DNA of 63,261 nucleotides, the filler included, from Squatina squatina (lineage: Eukaryota): assembly GCA_031763465.1 (NCBI GenBank). It is 4 parts of 4 records of this genome, joined end to end, with 100 filler letters (N's around TTAATTAATTAA, not from the genome) between each part and the next. Parts side by side here need not be neighbours in the genome. Positions count along the whole stretch, not along the records: positions 47,703 to 63,261 come from JARFOE010000057.1; 3 more parts are not named here. One strand, 5' to 3'. The notes below the pieces were generated by a model. The model was not told the origin of the DNA and made no database searches. It was given only the letters and a program-made list of their open reading frames with translations. Shown one piece after another: positions 52,301 through 63,261 of this stretch; the stretch's first letter is position 1, and each line of letters begins with the position of its first letter. The position numbers and the translations under genes were made by a program.

Positions 52301-55063
52301 AGCCTGCTACATGGCAGACAGAGAGAAAATAATTATAGCTATTGACGTGTGTAGCTGGGGCACTTCCTATTGACACAAACAAACCATGTTGAAATTCTCC
52401 TTCTGGTTCCACTTTTGCTGTCAACATGAAGAACTGTTGAGCAGCATTGGTTGCTTGAAACAATTGGTGCATTTAAACATCTTGCTAGTTATGCAAAGTG
52501 TNNNNNNNNNNNNNNNNNNNNNNNNNNNNNNNNNNNNNNNNNNNNNNNNNNNNNNNNNNNNNNNNNNNNNNNNNNNNNNNNNNNNNNNNNNNNNNNNNNN
52601 NCCAGGCAATAAATTGAAAATTTACGCCTGTGTGTCAAAGTGAGCAAGACTGGTGAGGAAAGCAAGCACAGAAAACTGGGTGGTGCATGAAATAAGCAGA
52701 GAGCTGGCTATTAAGGTTTGGCCAGATACTTCTTTTTGCACACAGTGCGAAGAGCCCTCACTCCCTATGAACCAAAGTCTGATTTTACGCACAACAGATC
52801 TGATAGTGTAGCACATCAGGGATAAACAATAAACCCTTATGCTGCTAATAAACTCACTGGAAATGGTATGAGGCGCCTTGAATTGTTTCTGTCCTCTCAA
52901 GTTGACAAGCAAGTAACACTCTGTGTATCTCAGACTGTAAACTACAAAACGGGCTTAATAAGAAAGAGAATTAGCAGGAGCAAAAATCAAAGAGCAGTAA
53001 AAAGATAAATCACAGTAATTCACTCCTCTGCATGTGGCAAACATGCAAAAAATTGCACACACATTAAAAAGTACAAATAAACCTAAAATGGATGCAAACA
53101 TCAAATTTCACATACGCTTCAGGATTTTACAGCTTCAATAAACTACTGCAAATAAAAAAATGTGACCTGACCACAAGAGAGAAAAACCAAAAGATAACTG
53201 GAGGGCTTGTCTCACAACCACAAGATGAAGTAATAGAAACTGAAGTTGAAATAACAATGATGGAGATGATAAACTCCTTGAAACATATGAAACCGTTGTT
53301 TTAAAAGAGAATGACAGAAAGTATTAGATTATAGGTTACTGATTTAAATTCTTTATTACATGAGGGGTTAACTGTGGGTTCGTACAGAGAGAAGCCTGTT
53401 GATTCTATGCACATTTTCATTCTAGCACGAGTAGGTTGAGTGCATCTGAAATGTGATTTCTGCCTTATTATGGGAAATGCATATGTATAAATTAGTCTGT
53501 AACTGATTCCTGTTGAAACAAAAGATTGTTCTAATTATATTAAGTGTGACTTAAGATATACCTGTTTTGCAGTGTCTTTGACAGATGCCTGCACAGCATT
53601 TCAATTGTCAGACATTGCATATAATACAAAGTACTTGGTACTGATGNNNNNNNNNNNNNNNNNNNNNNNNNNNNNNNNNNNNNNNNNNNNNNNNNNNNNN
53701 NNNNNNNNNNNNNNNNNNNNNNNNNNNNNNNNNNNNNNNNNNNNNNGGAAACAGTTAAGCCAACTGAGGTATTTGCATGCTGAAGCTGAGCACGGATAGC
53801 TCTGGTAAGTATGGGCCCTTTAACGCTAAAGTTTGCATGTGTTTGAACGCTCAAATTGTAAAGTGGCTAATTGAGGACATCACTGAAAATTTTCTAAGAG
53901 TCTCACTTTCAGTGCTAAATTCGGCGCTTAGTGCTAGAAACGCTAAAATTGCGAATTGGCCTACCCTAATTGTCCACCACCATTCACGACTGGATGTGGC
54001 TGATCTGATTCTGACCTTAACTCCATTTTCCTGCCTGTTTCCCATCACCTTTGACTCCCCCGTTGCTCAAAAATCTGTAGCCTTCTTTAAAGAACTGATA
54101 CATCTGATTAGATCTCGCACACACTTAACCATTATTGTGATCAACGGACAGTAACATGTTCCATGTCATATACGGAAATCCAGAGTTTTTGTCTTTTCCT
54201 GTAAGGAAAACATTTACAAAGAATCATTGTAAACTTTATTCTAATCCTAGCTGTCGTACACGGCACAATAATTTTTTGTCGAATATCATTCTTAGGGGGA
54301 AAACTTATGAATATAAAATTAAATGAGGGATTTAATATGGGAATGCCAGGCAAGTTCTATTAGAGCATGTTTTTACCTACTGTGAGCTCTGCTTATAAAA
54401 GAAAGCACATGAAGTAACATCTCCCACATGTTATTTTTGGAAAACTGAATGTTCCCATATGTGAGTATTGTTGACTTTCCATCATTTCACAAGACATGTA
54501 CCGGAAAAAGATAAAATATTTAAATAATTTACTTGGTTTAATTTTAACATTTTGGCGAGAATGTGTCTATTAAAATGTATGGAATAGTCTTACTTCATCG
54601 AAACCACAAAGTAAAATGTTTGAAAATCTTAAGTGTTCTGCTTTGAACATCTTCTAATGTGATGAATATGATCTTAATCCAAGGTAATTGGAAACCATAC
54701 TTCATTTTTCCACACTTAGTTGGGTTTATGTTGGTGGCATAACATATTAAACACTGTTCTGTTCAATTAGTTCTTTTTGATGCGCTATTGTATCAGGAAC
54801 GCCTTTGAAGAATTAAAGAGCATTTAGAAAGCTCACTTGAACTTTATTTTTTCATTATTATGGCGTATAATTATGTAGAAAAATATTATCATGAAATCCG
54901 TTCATCATTGGTTTTGATACATGATTATTGACCAAAAATTCAACACTGCTAGTCTATACACAGGCTCTGCTTCATTTCTTCCTTTCAGTTAGAAGCAGGA
55001 ACTAACTATAAACATCCTATTGTGGGAGAAAAATTTTGGTTCTACTATAATGTAAAATCTTCA

Positions 55064-55749
55064 GAGGCCCAATTGGAATGCGCCGAAAACTGAGGTACCC
55101 TAGCCGCGTTGGCGCTGCGCCGGCAGCGAGGATCAGGTGAGTGGCCTTGGTGACATTGTCACCATTCTGGGTCAGCGCAACGTGGCAATGCTAAGCAAGT
55201 GTCACTTCCGGGTTGTGCCAGCAGCGCAGCTCACGCCACACTGCCAGCGCAACCGCGCATGTGCAAGCCGCAACCCCGCCCCGTACCTTAAAGGGAAGGA
55301 ACGCCAGCATGGAAGGGGAAGCGGGATCCAGGGCCGCTGGACCATCTGGGACCTGGGTCACGGCGCGAAAACATGCCGGCACGCAAGAGAGCGGGCCGGC
55401 AAAAGGGAAACACGAGAAAAGAAGGGCGATCGGCCGCCAGACATCGGCTGACAATAAAGTCGGCTGATGTTAAAAGATGGTGGCTGCCGGCGTACGACGT
55501 GCACCTTTAATGTGCCTTGGCAATAACAGTTGAAACCTGTCGTGGCCAATGCCTGTGGCATCACGGGTCAGTGTAAAAGGGTCGGCGCATGATCTGATGA
55601 CATCACGTGTCTGACCCCAGTGCCAACAGCATTCGCCAGCGACGAGGCTGTAGCGCCACCGGGCCAAGTAGGCCAAATGTGAAATTTTTGCATTTGCTTT
55701 CGCGCCCGGGTCGCGCCAGCCGACCATGACGGCACACCAATTGGGCCCC
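55064..55749. mobile_element. CpG-rich non-autonomous DNA transposon (MITE)
   Basis: TIRs GAGGCCCAATTGG (55064-55076) and CCAATTGGGCCCC (55737-55749), 12/13 matched, with CA on both flanks. Confidence 0.7.
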
Positions 55750-57194
55750 CATAGTGTTTTCAATGTTATTTCACACAGCGACCACAGCCAATCTCCCCTC
55801 ACTGTGATTCCACTGGTAACAATGCTAATAAAGAAAAGCATTCCCAACTTTTCATCATGGAAACAAACAAAAAGCAGATTATTCCTGCAACTGTGGTAGG
55901 ATTATAAATATCCATATGGGTGGGCCAAGAATATTGCTGCCATGTGGCCCCACTCAGCAGTAATCTGTTCCAGATTTCAAGGCCCTGTTTTTGCACAGGC
56001 TTAGGGGGCTCGGTATCATATCTGTCACTGTATCTAACCTTAGGAGTATGGTGACTGCTTTGGGTGTCCTGTCTCAAACATGGTAACACTGGATCTGAAA
56101 CACTCTCCCCGCACCCCCCCAAAAAAAGTTATTTCAAGGTTTAGACCTGACATGAACACTTTGTTGTCAGTACTATTGAAAAAGCAATAAAAGGCCAGAA
56201 TATGCTGGTCAGGAGAATGCTGTTTGGAGCTTATTGTGTTGATAGTTTTGAAATACAGTTGAAGTCGANNNNNNNNNNACAAAAATTGGACACCACAACT
56301 TTCAAATCAGTGGAAGGTGGCACTGTAAATAAAAATACAATCTAAAAAGACTGACACTTCCATTTTTCAACCTTGCCTGGTAAAGGTTAATTATTTCTAA
56401 CGTGGTGAGTGATGGCAAAGGATCGCAGCAGCCTTATATCAATCTGGCACAGGCTGGTACTGCTAAGAGGTTTCAGTGTAGTGCATTATGATCACAAGTC
56501 TACAGAAAAATCAATTTTTAATTGAGTGTATTATTTGAGAGGCCCAAGCTGTCCATCATATCCTGCTAATGGAATTTCCATCCGTCTCTAATGCTGACAC
56601 AAGCAGGATTCCACCTCATCTACCACCCGCATTTAATCACCCGGCTCACACTTTACTGAAATGGAATTTAACTCTTTAGGTACACCTGTGTAAGGAGGCC
56701 TGCAAGGGAAAAATGTCCACCATCTAGAAACTGGCAGATGTGCAGCAATTGGCTAAATTATGTGTTTATGCTTCCATAACAAAGTAAGACATTTTACAGT
56801 TCTTTCCCTCTCTCCATTCCAGGTCGACCTATATTATTATCCAGCTTCAATAAGCAAAATCAATTCCCTATTGCTTATCCCTATGAGCTGCACATACTGC
56901 ACATTTAGATGATTTTTGCACGGCACAGTTTCGATTTATTTGGTGCCACTTAGCTCCTTCCTTTTCCTGTGGAGAATTGTTTTTGTTACCTCGTATTCAC
57001 AGCCATTAACAAATGGAAGAACCGAAACATCTGCTTGATAAGCCAGATGACCCTCAAATTGAGGATTCAAATCTCAATACGCTACAATAGATCCCCACGC
57101 TAGACTCTCATTATAACCTTGTTTTGATGAGGATGCTGTTCCTGTTTTTTTCCCCATCTGTTTTGACTCTCATTAAAGTTAATCAAATATTACT

Positions 57195-57324
57195 AGGGGG
57201 ATCAAGGGATATGGGGAGAAAGCAGGATCAGGGTACTGAATTTGGAAGATCAGCCATGATCATATTGAATGGCAGAGCAGGCTCGAAGGGCCGAATGGCC
57301 TACTCCTGCTCCTATTTTCTATGT
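57195..57324 (+). mobile_element. CR1 LINE 3' tail
   Basis: gatcagccatgatcatattgaatggc...ggcctactcctgctcctattttctatgt. Confidence 0.8.
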
Positions 57325-58682
57325 NNNNNNNNNNNNNNNNNNNNNNNNNNNNNNNNNNNNNNNNNNNNNNNNNNNNNNNNNNNNNNNNNNNNNNNNNNNN
57401 NNNNNNNNNNNNNNNNNNNNNNNNAGTACCAGAAATATTCTTAAGCATTGTAATTCATGCTTAAACATTGCTGTAAATAGGTTACATATTCAGAAAACTG
57501 AAAGAGGAAACTTGCATTTTAAATCAGCGAACCTGGGGCTTTGTGCGTTTTTAACTGAATTAGTAAAGCTAATGCATTTGGCAACTGGTTCACGCGGGCA
57601 TTCAAAATTCTCTAACGTCCTAAAATAGACTTATTAGACTGTATCACCCAAGTTTCAATTTTTTTTTGTCATGCACATATACGGCGACCTTTTGTTTCAC
57701 CTTTTCAGCTTGCAAGTGAAGTAGGATGATGAAAGTGCGTGGGCCCGTGTGTAGGTGGTGTGGGAGGAAGCAGCACTGAAGAGCGAGAAGAACCTCTCTG
57801 CTGATAAGCAGCTTCCTGAGCATTCAGGAAAATGCAGCAGTGTACATTATAGGCAGGGATTACCACAGACAGACAGACAGAGAGAGAGAGAGAAAAAACA
57901 CAATGTTCCTGCTGAATGTTTTAGCTTTTATTTGAGGTGAGTCAAGAATTGGAAAAAGCNNNNNNNNNNNNNNNNNNNNNNNNNNNNNNNNNNNNNNNNN
58001 NNNNNNNNNNNNNNNNNNNNNNNNNNNNNNNNNNNNNNNNNNNNNNNNNNNNNNNNNNNGGGGGGGGGGGCGCGGGGGGGAGCAGAAATTGGCTTTGCCT
58101 TGAATGGGTTTAAACTTGAGAAGTTGTGCGGTCCAACTGGTTTTCAAAGTCCAATTTGGCTGCTCCTGCCAGCATTGCAGTCTGAAGTATGTCGACGGGA
58201 TTGTGAAACTGTTTAAAATACATGCCTGTTCCTGCCCTTTTTCTATCTCATTCTACTATGTGCTCTCTGCAATTTTTAGAAAAAAAACTTCATGGACACA
58301 GTCTGAGCAACAGTCAGCTGCTGCCACGGTGGTGTAATACAGTCCTGCATACATTTTAAATGAATTCCTGTTGTTGGTAAGTAACTTTTTCAGATATTTT
58401 CTGTTGCTGTTTGATTAAAATGATGTAGCATAAATGGCAGTTTTCTACCTGCTTCTGCACTCTGCTTACCTATTGAGCAGGAAAGCATTCCGAGGATCAG
58501 GAAGTGAGGAGGCAAGAGTTTGTTCTTCAAAAGGAGAACAAACCAACCTCATTCCGTGGTTCCAAATGCACTGACTGACACTACTCCGCATTTTTCCGTG
58601 AGTTATGGCACAAGTGTGGAGTAGTCTGGTCTGTGGCTAACCAAAGCGCAACATGATGCTGGAATCTATAAAATTTATAAAC

Positions 58683-58763
58683 AGAATGCTGGAAAAAAAA
58701 CACAGCAGGTCAGGCAGCATCTGTAGAGAGAGAAAGAGAGTTAACGTTTCAGATTGAAGACCC
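58683..58763 (-). mobile_element. Penelope-like element tail fragment, cut by a gap
   Basis: Same tail sequence: gcaggtcaggcagcatctgtagagagagaaa..gagttaacgtttcag. Confidence 0.7.
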
Positions 58764-58883
58764 NNNNNNNNNNNNNNNNNNNNNNNNNNNNNNNNNNNNN
58801 NNNNNNNNNNNNNNNNNNNNNNNNNNNNNNNNNNNNNNNNNNNNNNNNNNNNNNNNNNNNNNNTGCTGCATTTAACACATAAA

Positions 58884-59947
58884 GGGGCCGAACTTCATCT
58901 CCTGTTGCACCTGCGGCCGCCATCTTTATTTTTCGGCCAACTTTCTTGTCAGCCGAATGATGATGGCCCACTGCCAAATCAGGCCACCATCCCTGGTGGC
59001 CCGGTTGCTGGCGTCCCTCATGGTCCAGTGTCGGGCTGCGGGGCGCTGTCAGGATGGCCGGCTTCTCTCTCCTTTAAGGGAGGCTTGGCAGTGACGCTGA
59101 TGTCAATACACAATGTGCTGACGCGACGCTTCTGATGCCGCTGGCATGGCGCTGAAGCCATGGCAGTGACGTAAAGACCATAAGACCATAAGAAATAGGA
59201 ACAGGAGTAGGGCATTCGGCCCCTCGAGTCTGCTCCGCCATTCAATAAGATCATGGCTGATCTGGTATTTGCCTCAACTCCACTTTCCCGCCTTTTCTCC
59301 ATAATCTTTGATTCCCTTGCTGATCAATAACTGTCTATCTCAGCCTTGAATATATTCAGTGACTCAGCCTCCACAGCTCCCTGGGGCAAAGAATTCAAAG
59401 ATTCACAGCCCTCTGAGAGAAGAAATTCCTTCTCCTCTCCGTCTTAAATGGGCAACCCCTTATTCTGAGACTATGCCCCTAAGTCCCAGACTCACCCATG
59501 AGGGGAAACACCCTCTCAGTGTTTACCCTGTCAAGCCCCCTCAGAATCTTGTATGTTTCAATGAGATTGCCTCTCTTTCTTCTAAACTCCAATGAGTATA
59601 GGCCCAACCTGCTCAAGCTTTCCTCATAAAACAATCCTTCCATACCCGGGATCAACCTAGTGAACCTTCTCTGAACTGCCTCCAATGCCAGAATATCTTT
59701 CCTTAGATAAGGGGACCAAAACTGTTTGCAGTACTCCAGGTGTGGTCTCACTAGTGCCTTGTACAGTTGTAGCAAGACTTCCCTACTTTTATATTCCATA
59801 CCCATTGAAATAAAGGCCAACATTCCATTTGCCTTCCTAATTACCTACTGCACCTGCATACTAACTTTCTGTGTTTCATGCCCACTGTGAAATACCGGCT
59901 CCCATTCCCACAAGCGCCTCAACAGCGTGCGAATCAATTTCGGTCCC
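58884..59947. mobile_element. CpG-rich MITE interrupted by a CR1 insertion
   Basis: Imperfect TIRs GGGGCCGAACTTCAT (58884-58898) and ATCAATTTCGGTCCC (59933-59947), 12/15 matched, with AAA on both flanks. Confidence 0.55.
59173..59880 (-). mobile_element. CR1 LINE, 5'-truncated and well preserved
   Basis: ORF MLAFIS.GMEYKSREVLLQLYKALVRPHLEYC.QFWSPYLRKDILALEAVQRRFTRLIPGM. The tail has taagacca repeats. Confidence 0.92.
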
Positions 59948-61484
59948 AAAATATCAGTCAACACAGCTTTTATATTCAAACACCTCAACTCTAACCACCA
60001 CATCTTCAAGAGCTAATAGCTGACATCAGTCAGGCCACCCACGCATGTCAGAACATAGCACAAACTTAATCACCACAATGCCAGGTTTGGTATGTAGTTA
60101 GTGAGCACATGACTCAACACATCCGGGCTAATCTTGTTATTGCACAAAATTTTATGACAACATTTCCCTGTCATGTTACAAAATGTTCTACTGCAGCGCA
60201 GGTACCAAGAAAACCCGAATGAGCATTTTCAGGGAGCTACTACTCAAACAGGGCGGCCCAACAGCCAATGGAGCTGCTGCAAATAAATACAGNNNNNNNN
60301 NNNNNNNNNNNNNNNNNNNNNNNNNNNNNNNNNNNNNNNNNNNNNNNNNNNNNNNNNNNNNNNNNNNNNNNNNNNNNNNNNNNNNNNNNNNNNNNNNNNN
60401 NNNNNNNNNNNNNNNNNNNNNNNNNNNNNNNNNNNNNNNNNNNNNNNNNNNNNNNNNNNNNNNNNNNNNNNNNNNNNNNNNNNNNNNNNNNNNNNNNNNN
60501 NNNNNNNNNNNNNNNNNNNNNNNNNNNNNNNNNNNNNNNNNNNNNNNNNNNNNNNNNNNNNNNNNNNNNNNNNNNNNNNNNNNNNNNNNNNNNNNNNNNN
60601 NNNNNNNNNNNNNNNNNNNNNNNNNNNNNNNNNNNNNNNNNNNNNNNNNNNNNNNNNNNNNNNNNNNNNNNNNNNNNNNNNNNNNNNNNNNNNNNNNNNN
60701 NNNNNNNNNNNNNNNNNNNNNNNNNNNNNNNNNNNNNNNNNNNNNNNNNNNNNNNNNNNNNNNNNNNNNNNNNNNNNNNNNNNNNNNNNNNNNNNNNNNN
60801 NNNNNNNNNNNNNNNNNNNNNNNNNNNNNNNNNNNNNNNNNNNNNNNNNNNNNNNNNNNNNNNNNNNNNNNNNNNNNNNNNNNNNNNNNNNNNNNNNNNN
60901 NNNNNNNNNNNNNNNNNNNNNNNNNNNNNNNNNNNNNNNNNNNNNNNNNNNNNNNNNNNNNNNNNNNNNNNNNNNNNNNNNNNNNNNNNNNNNNNNNNNN
61001 NNNNNNNNNNNNNNNNNNNNNNNNNNNNNNNNNNNNNNNNNNNNNNNNNNNNNNNNNNNNNNNNNNNNNNNNNNNNNNNNNNNNNNNNNNNNNNNNNNNN
61101 NNNNNNNNNNNNNNNNNNNNNNNNNNNNNNNNNNNNNNNNNNNNNNNNNNTGGCCCTGTTTATGCCTTGGCGGAGACACCCAGAATCAGCCCCCACTTTT
61201 GTAAATGATCATATGGATAATCCAGTTGGTACCACTTTAGTCTTCTATCTTATGTTGGGTGGTAATTTTACGAGCCCATGCTTTGTTGGGGAACTAGAAC
61301 TAGAACCTGCTGGAAGCGCATATTGACTACTCAGTCGCGCACTGCCCATGATTTGCTGATTTGTGTTGCTGGCAGCATCGCACCATAAAAATGATCCCAG
61401 GGCGTTACTTAAAAAACAAACAGTTCTTTAAGTAAATATTCCTTGCTCAAACAATACATCAAAAATAAGATTAACTGGCCATAC

Positions 61485-61630
61485 ATGTCACTGCAGTTTG
61501 TGAGGCCTTGTTGATACAGAGATGCTGCTGTATTTGCCAACATAACAGTCACTGTATTTCAAAAAGTAACCCATTGTGTGAAATGCTTTGAGGATGTGAC
61601 ACAGTGCTATATAAATACATGTATTCCTAT
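61485..61630 (+). mobile_element. Deu-domain SINE, 3' half
   Basis: tcaaaaagtaacccattg..gctttgaggatgtgac..gctatataaatac. Confidence 0.55.
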
Positions 61631-61869
61631 TCATATTTCTTTGCCAAAACTGGAAGACCAGCAGGATTAGTTGGTGAATGTATACAACTTTGGAGTTGTA
61701 CATACGAGTGGGAAAAAAGATATGTAGGTGGCACCTTAATGGTCTCCATGTGCACTAAGTATATACAGANNNNNNNNNNNNNNNNNNNNNNNNNNNNNNN
61801 NNNNNNNNNNNNNNNNNNNNNNNNNNNNNNNNNNNNNNNNNNNNNNNNNNNNNNNNNNNNNNNNNNNNN

Positions 61870-61925
61870 GCCACCGAGCCCCCTTTGCCCTTCGGCTCGG
61901 GAGACAGCGACAGCACCGTGCCCAT
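61870..61925 (-). CDS. N-terminus of a CDK5 activator (p35/p39 family, CDK5R1/CDK5R2-like), cut by a gap
   Basis: ATG at 61925-61923 in a good Kozak context (gccagagATGG) gives MGTVLSLSPEPKGKGGSV. MGTVLSLSP is the conserved myristoylated start of p35/p39. The KG-rich continuation looks more like p39 (CDK5R2). Confidence 0.8.
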
Positions 61926-62650
61926 CTCTGGCGGTGGCACCCGGTCGGGCAGCCTTTGGTCCGGGGGAAGGGGGGAGTTGCTGCCTTCTGCGCCGCTGGC
62001 CGTGGACCGGGGGTTGGAGGCGTGTCTGTTCCCAGGGAGTCTTCTCAGAAGAGCCGCATTGGGTGGCGTTGGTTTGGGGGTCTCTCTCGAAGGAGCGGGG
62101 AAGGTGTGGCGAGGATTGCGGGAAGGAAGGGAGCGGGTGGGAGGGCTGAATGAAAATTAAAGCAAGCAGCCTCCTTTTTTTTTGGATGCGCTCTCCAGCC
62201 TCCAGCCCAAGCCTCTCAGAAGCTCGCTGTTGGAAGGCAACCTCCACCAACCTCGTCTGCCTCCACACCCCGCCTGCATTGGTGCAGGGACAATTGATGG
62301 GCAGGAGACCGAGCCAATCACTTCAACCAGGCTCAAAGATTGGGCCAACCTTCATCAGGAAGGCAAGTCAACCTATTGGAATAGAGCCTAGGGAGTCAGG
62401 GAGCCAATCAGCTCCAAGGTGCAACTGATTGACATTCCAAGTATCCAACCATCGACAGAGGAAGGGGGTGGGGCGAGAGCGTGACCAGCCAATCCGAAAG
62501 GACCCAATCAGAAGACGATTAACTCTAACAGGCACAACGCCTAACCAATCAGAAAGAAGCTGATGCTGATCGGCAGCACATGTGACCAATAGGACTCAAG
62601 GCTCCAAGGGCGAAGGGGCAGGACAGATTGCTTGGAGCGGCCTGTAATTA
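61926..62650 (-). promoter_or_regulatory. CpG-island 5'UTR and promoter of the CDK5R-like gene with clustered CCAAT boxes
   Basis: GC- and CpG-rich. CCAAT at 62314, 62404, 62489, 62504, 62545 and 62586. ATTGG at 62278, 62339 and 62375. GC box GGGGTGGGGCG near 62465. Confidence 0.7.
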
Positions 62651-62943
62651 GCTGAATGAGTTGCGTTGCTTTGCAGAATATTTTTTCAGCAGAGACACCA
62701 ATTATGACAAAAAAATATAAACGTTAGATTCTTGCAAGAGGCGTTTTTGGGGGTTTGCTGCATTTGCTTATAGAAGTTCATGGTAGAGGATTAATGGCAG
62801 CGTGTCAAGTTAGAGGAAACTGACGATATATGTCTATATATAGGAGGAACATTAATCCCCTAAAAATGAACGAGTTAATGTCTGCATTAGCGTCTCGGTT
62901 TAAATGCCAGAGTCACCAATAGAGTGAAACAACCACACAATAA

Positions 62944-63072
62944 GGAATGGAGAAAACATACATTGCTACCCAGGGCCCCATGGTAAATACAGTAAATGAC
63001 TTCTGGGAGATGGTTTGGCAAGAAGATTGTCCAATAATTGTGATGATCACAAAGCTAAAAGAGAAGAATGAG
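62944..63072 (+). CDS. KIM-family protein tyrosine phosphatase (PTPRR/PTPN7-like) catalytic-domain exon, 5'-truncated
   Basis: [43 protein letters not shown] contains the PTP motifs YIATQGP, DFWxMVW and IVMIT. Donor gtacat at 63073. There is no normal acceptor, and an in-frame TAA lies immediately upstream. Confidence 0.8.
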
Positions 63073-63261
63073 GTACATGAATGTGACAGCTCCTTTACTC
63101 CATTCCAAATGAAAACAATAAGCGAATTATGAGATTTATGTCTGTGGTAAGATGGTTTCCCTGTGGAAAACTGATTTTAATATTGTGGAAAGGGATTACT
63201 TGGGGAAGGCAAGGGCGGGGAGAGGGTGATTGTGGGGAGAGGGTTATTGCGGGGAGAGGGA

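Noticed and set aside
57722-57820. Box C/D snoRNA (ATGATGA ... CTGA)
   Set aside because: There is no terminal stem and no recognisable rRNA antisense element.
60183-61326. Long ORFs of 300+ aa
   Set aside because: They consist almost entirely of N gap. The same applies to 19915-20706.

Overview
Eukaryotic vertebrate genomic DNA, most likely a shark or other chondrichthyan judging from its CR1/L2/RTE LINEs, Deu-type SINEs and Penelope fragments. The window is not one contiguous locus. Three N-flanked TTAATTAATTAA linkers (18001, 31629, 47647) split it into four concatenated records, each made of short contigs joined by N gaps and apparently unordered and unoriented. Segment 1 has three KDM4B exons: two JmjC exons and the terminal exon with its 3'UTR. 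Segment 2 has one AGAP1 PH-domain exon and a ~6 kb array of a 37-bp minisatellite. Segment 3 has the hAT-transposase-derived terminal exon of ZNF618, an isolated C2H2 zinc-finger exon and an 11-bp minisatellite. Segment 4 has the CpG/CCAAT promoter and first codons of a CDK5 activator (MGTVLSLSP...), joined without a gap to a 5'-truncated KIM-family tyrosine phosphatase exon. The most notable signals are an intact minimal type I hammerhead ribozyme in a Penelope element, an apparently extra ZNF618 finger, the CDK5R/PTP junction, a recursive-splice-like AG|GTAAG site and CpG-rich MITEs, one carrying a nested CR1. Gene names come from recalled protein sequences, not database searches. Repeat boundaries are approximate.
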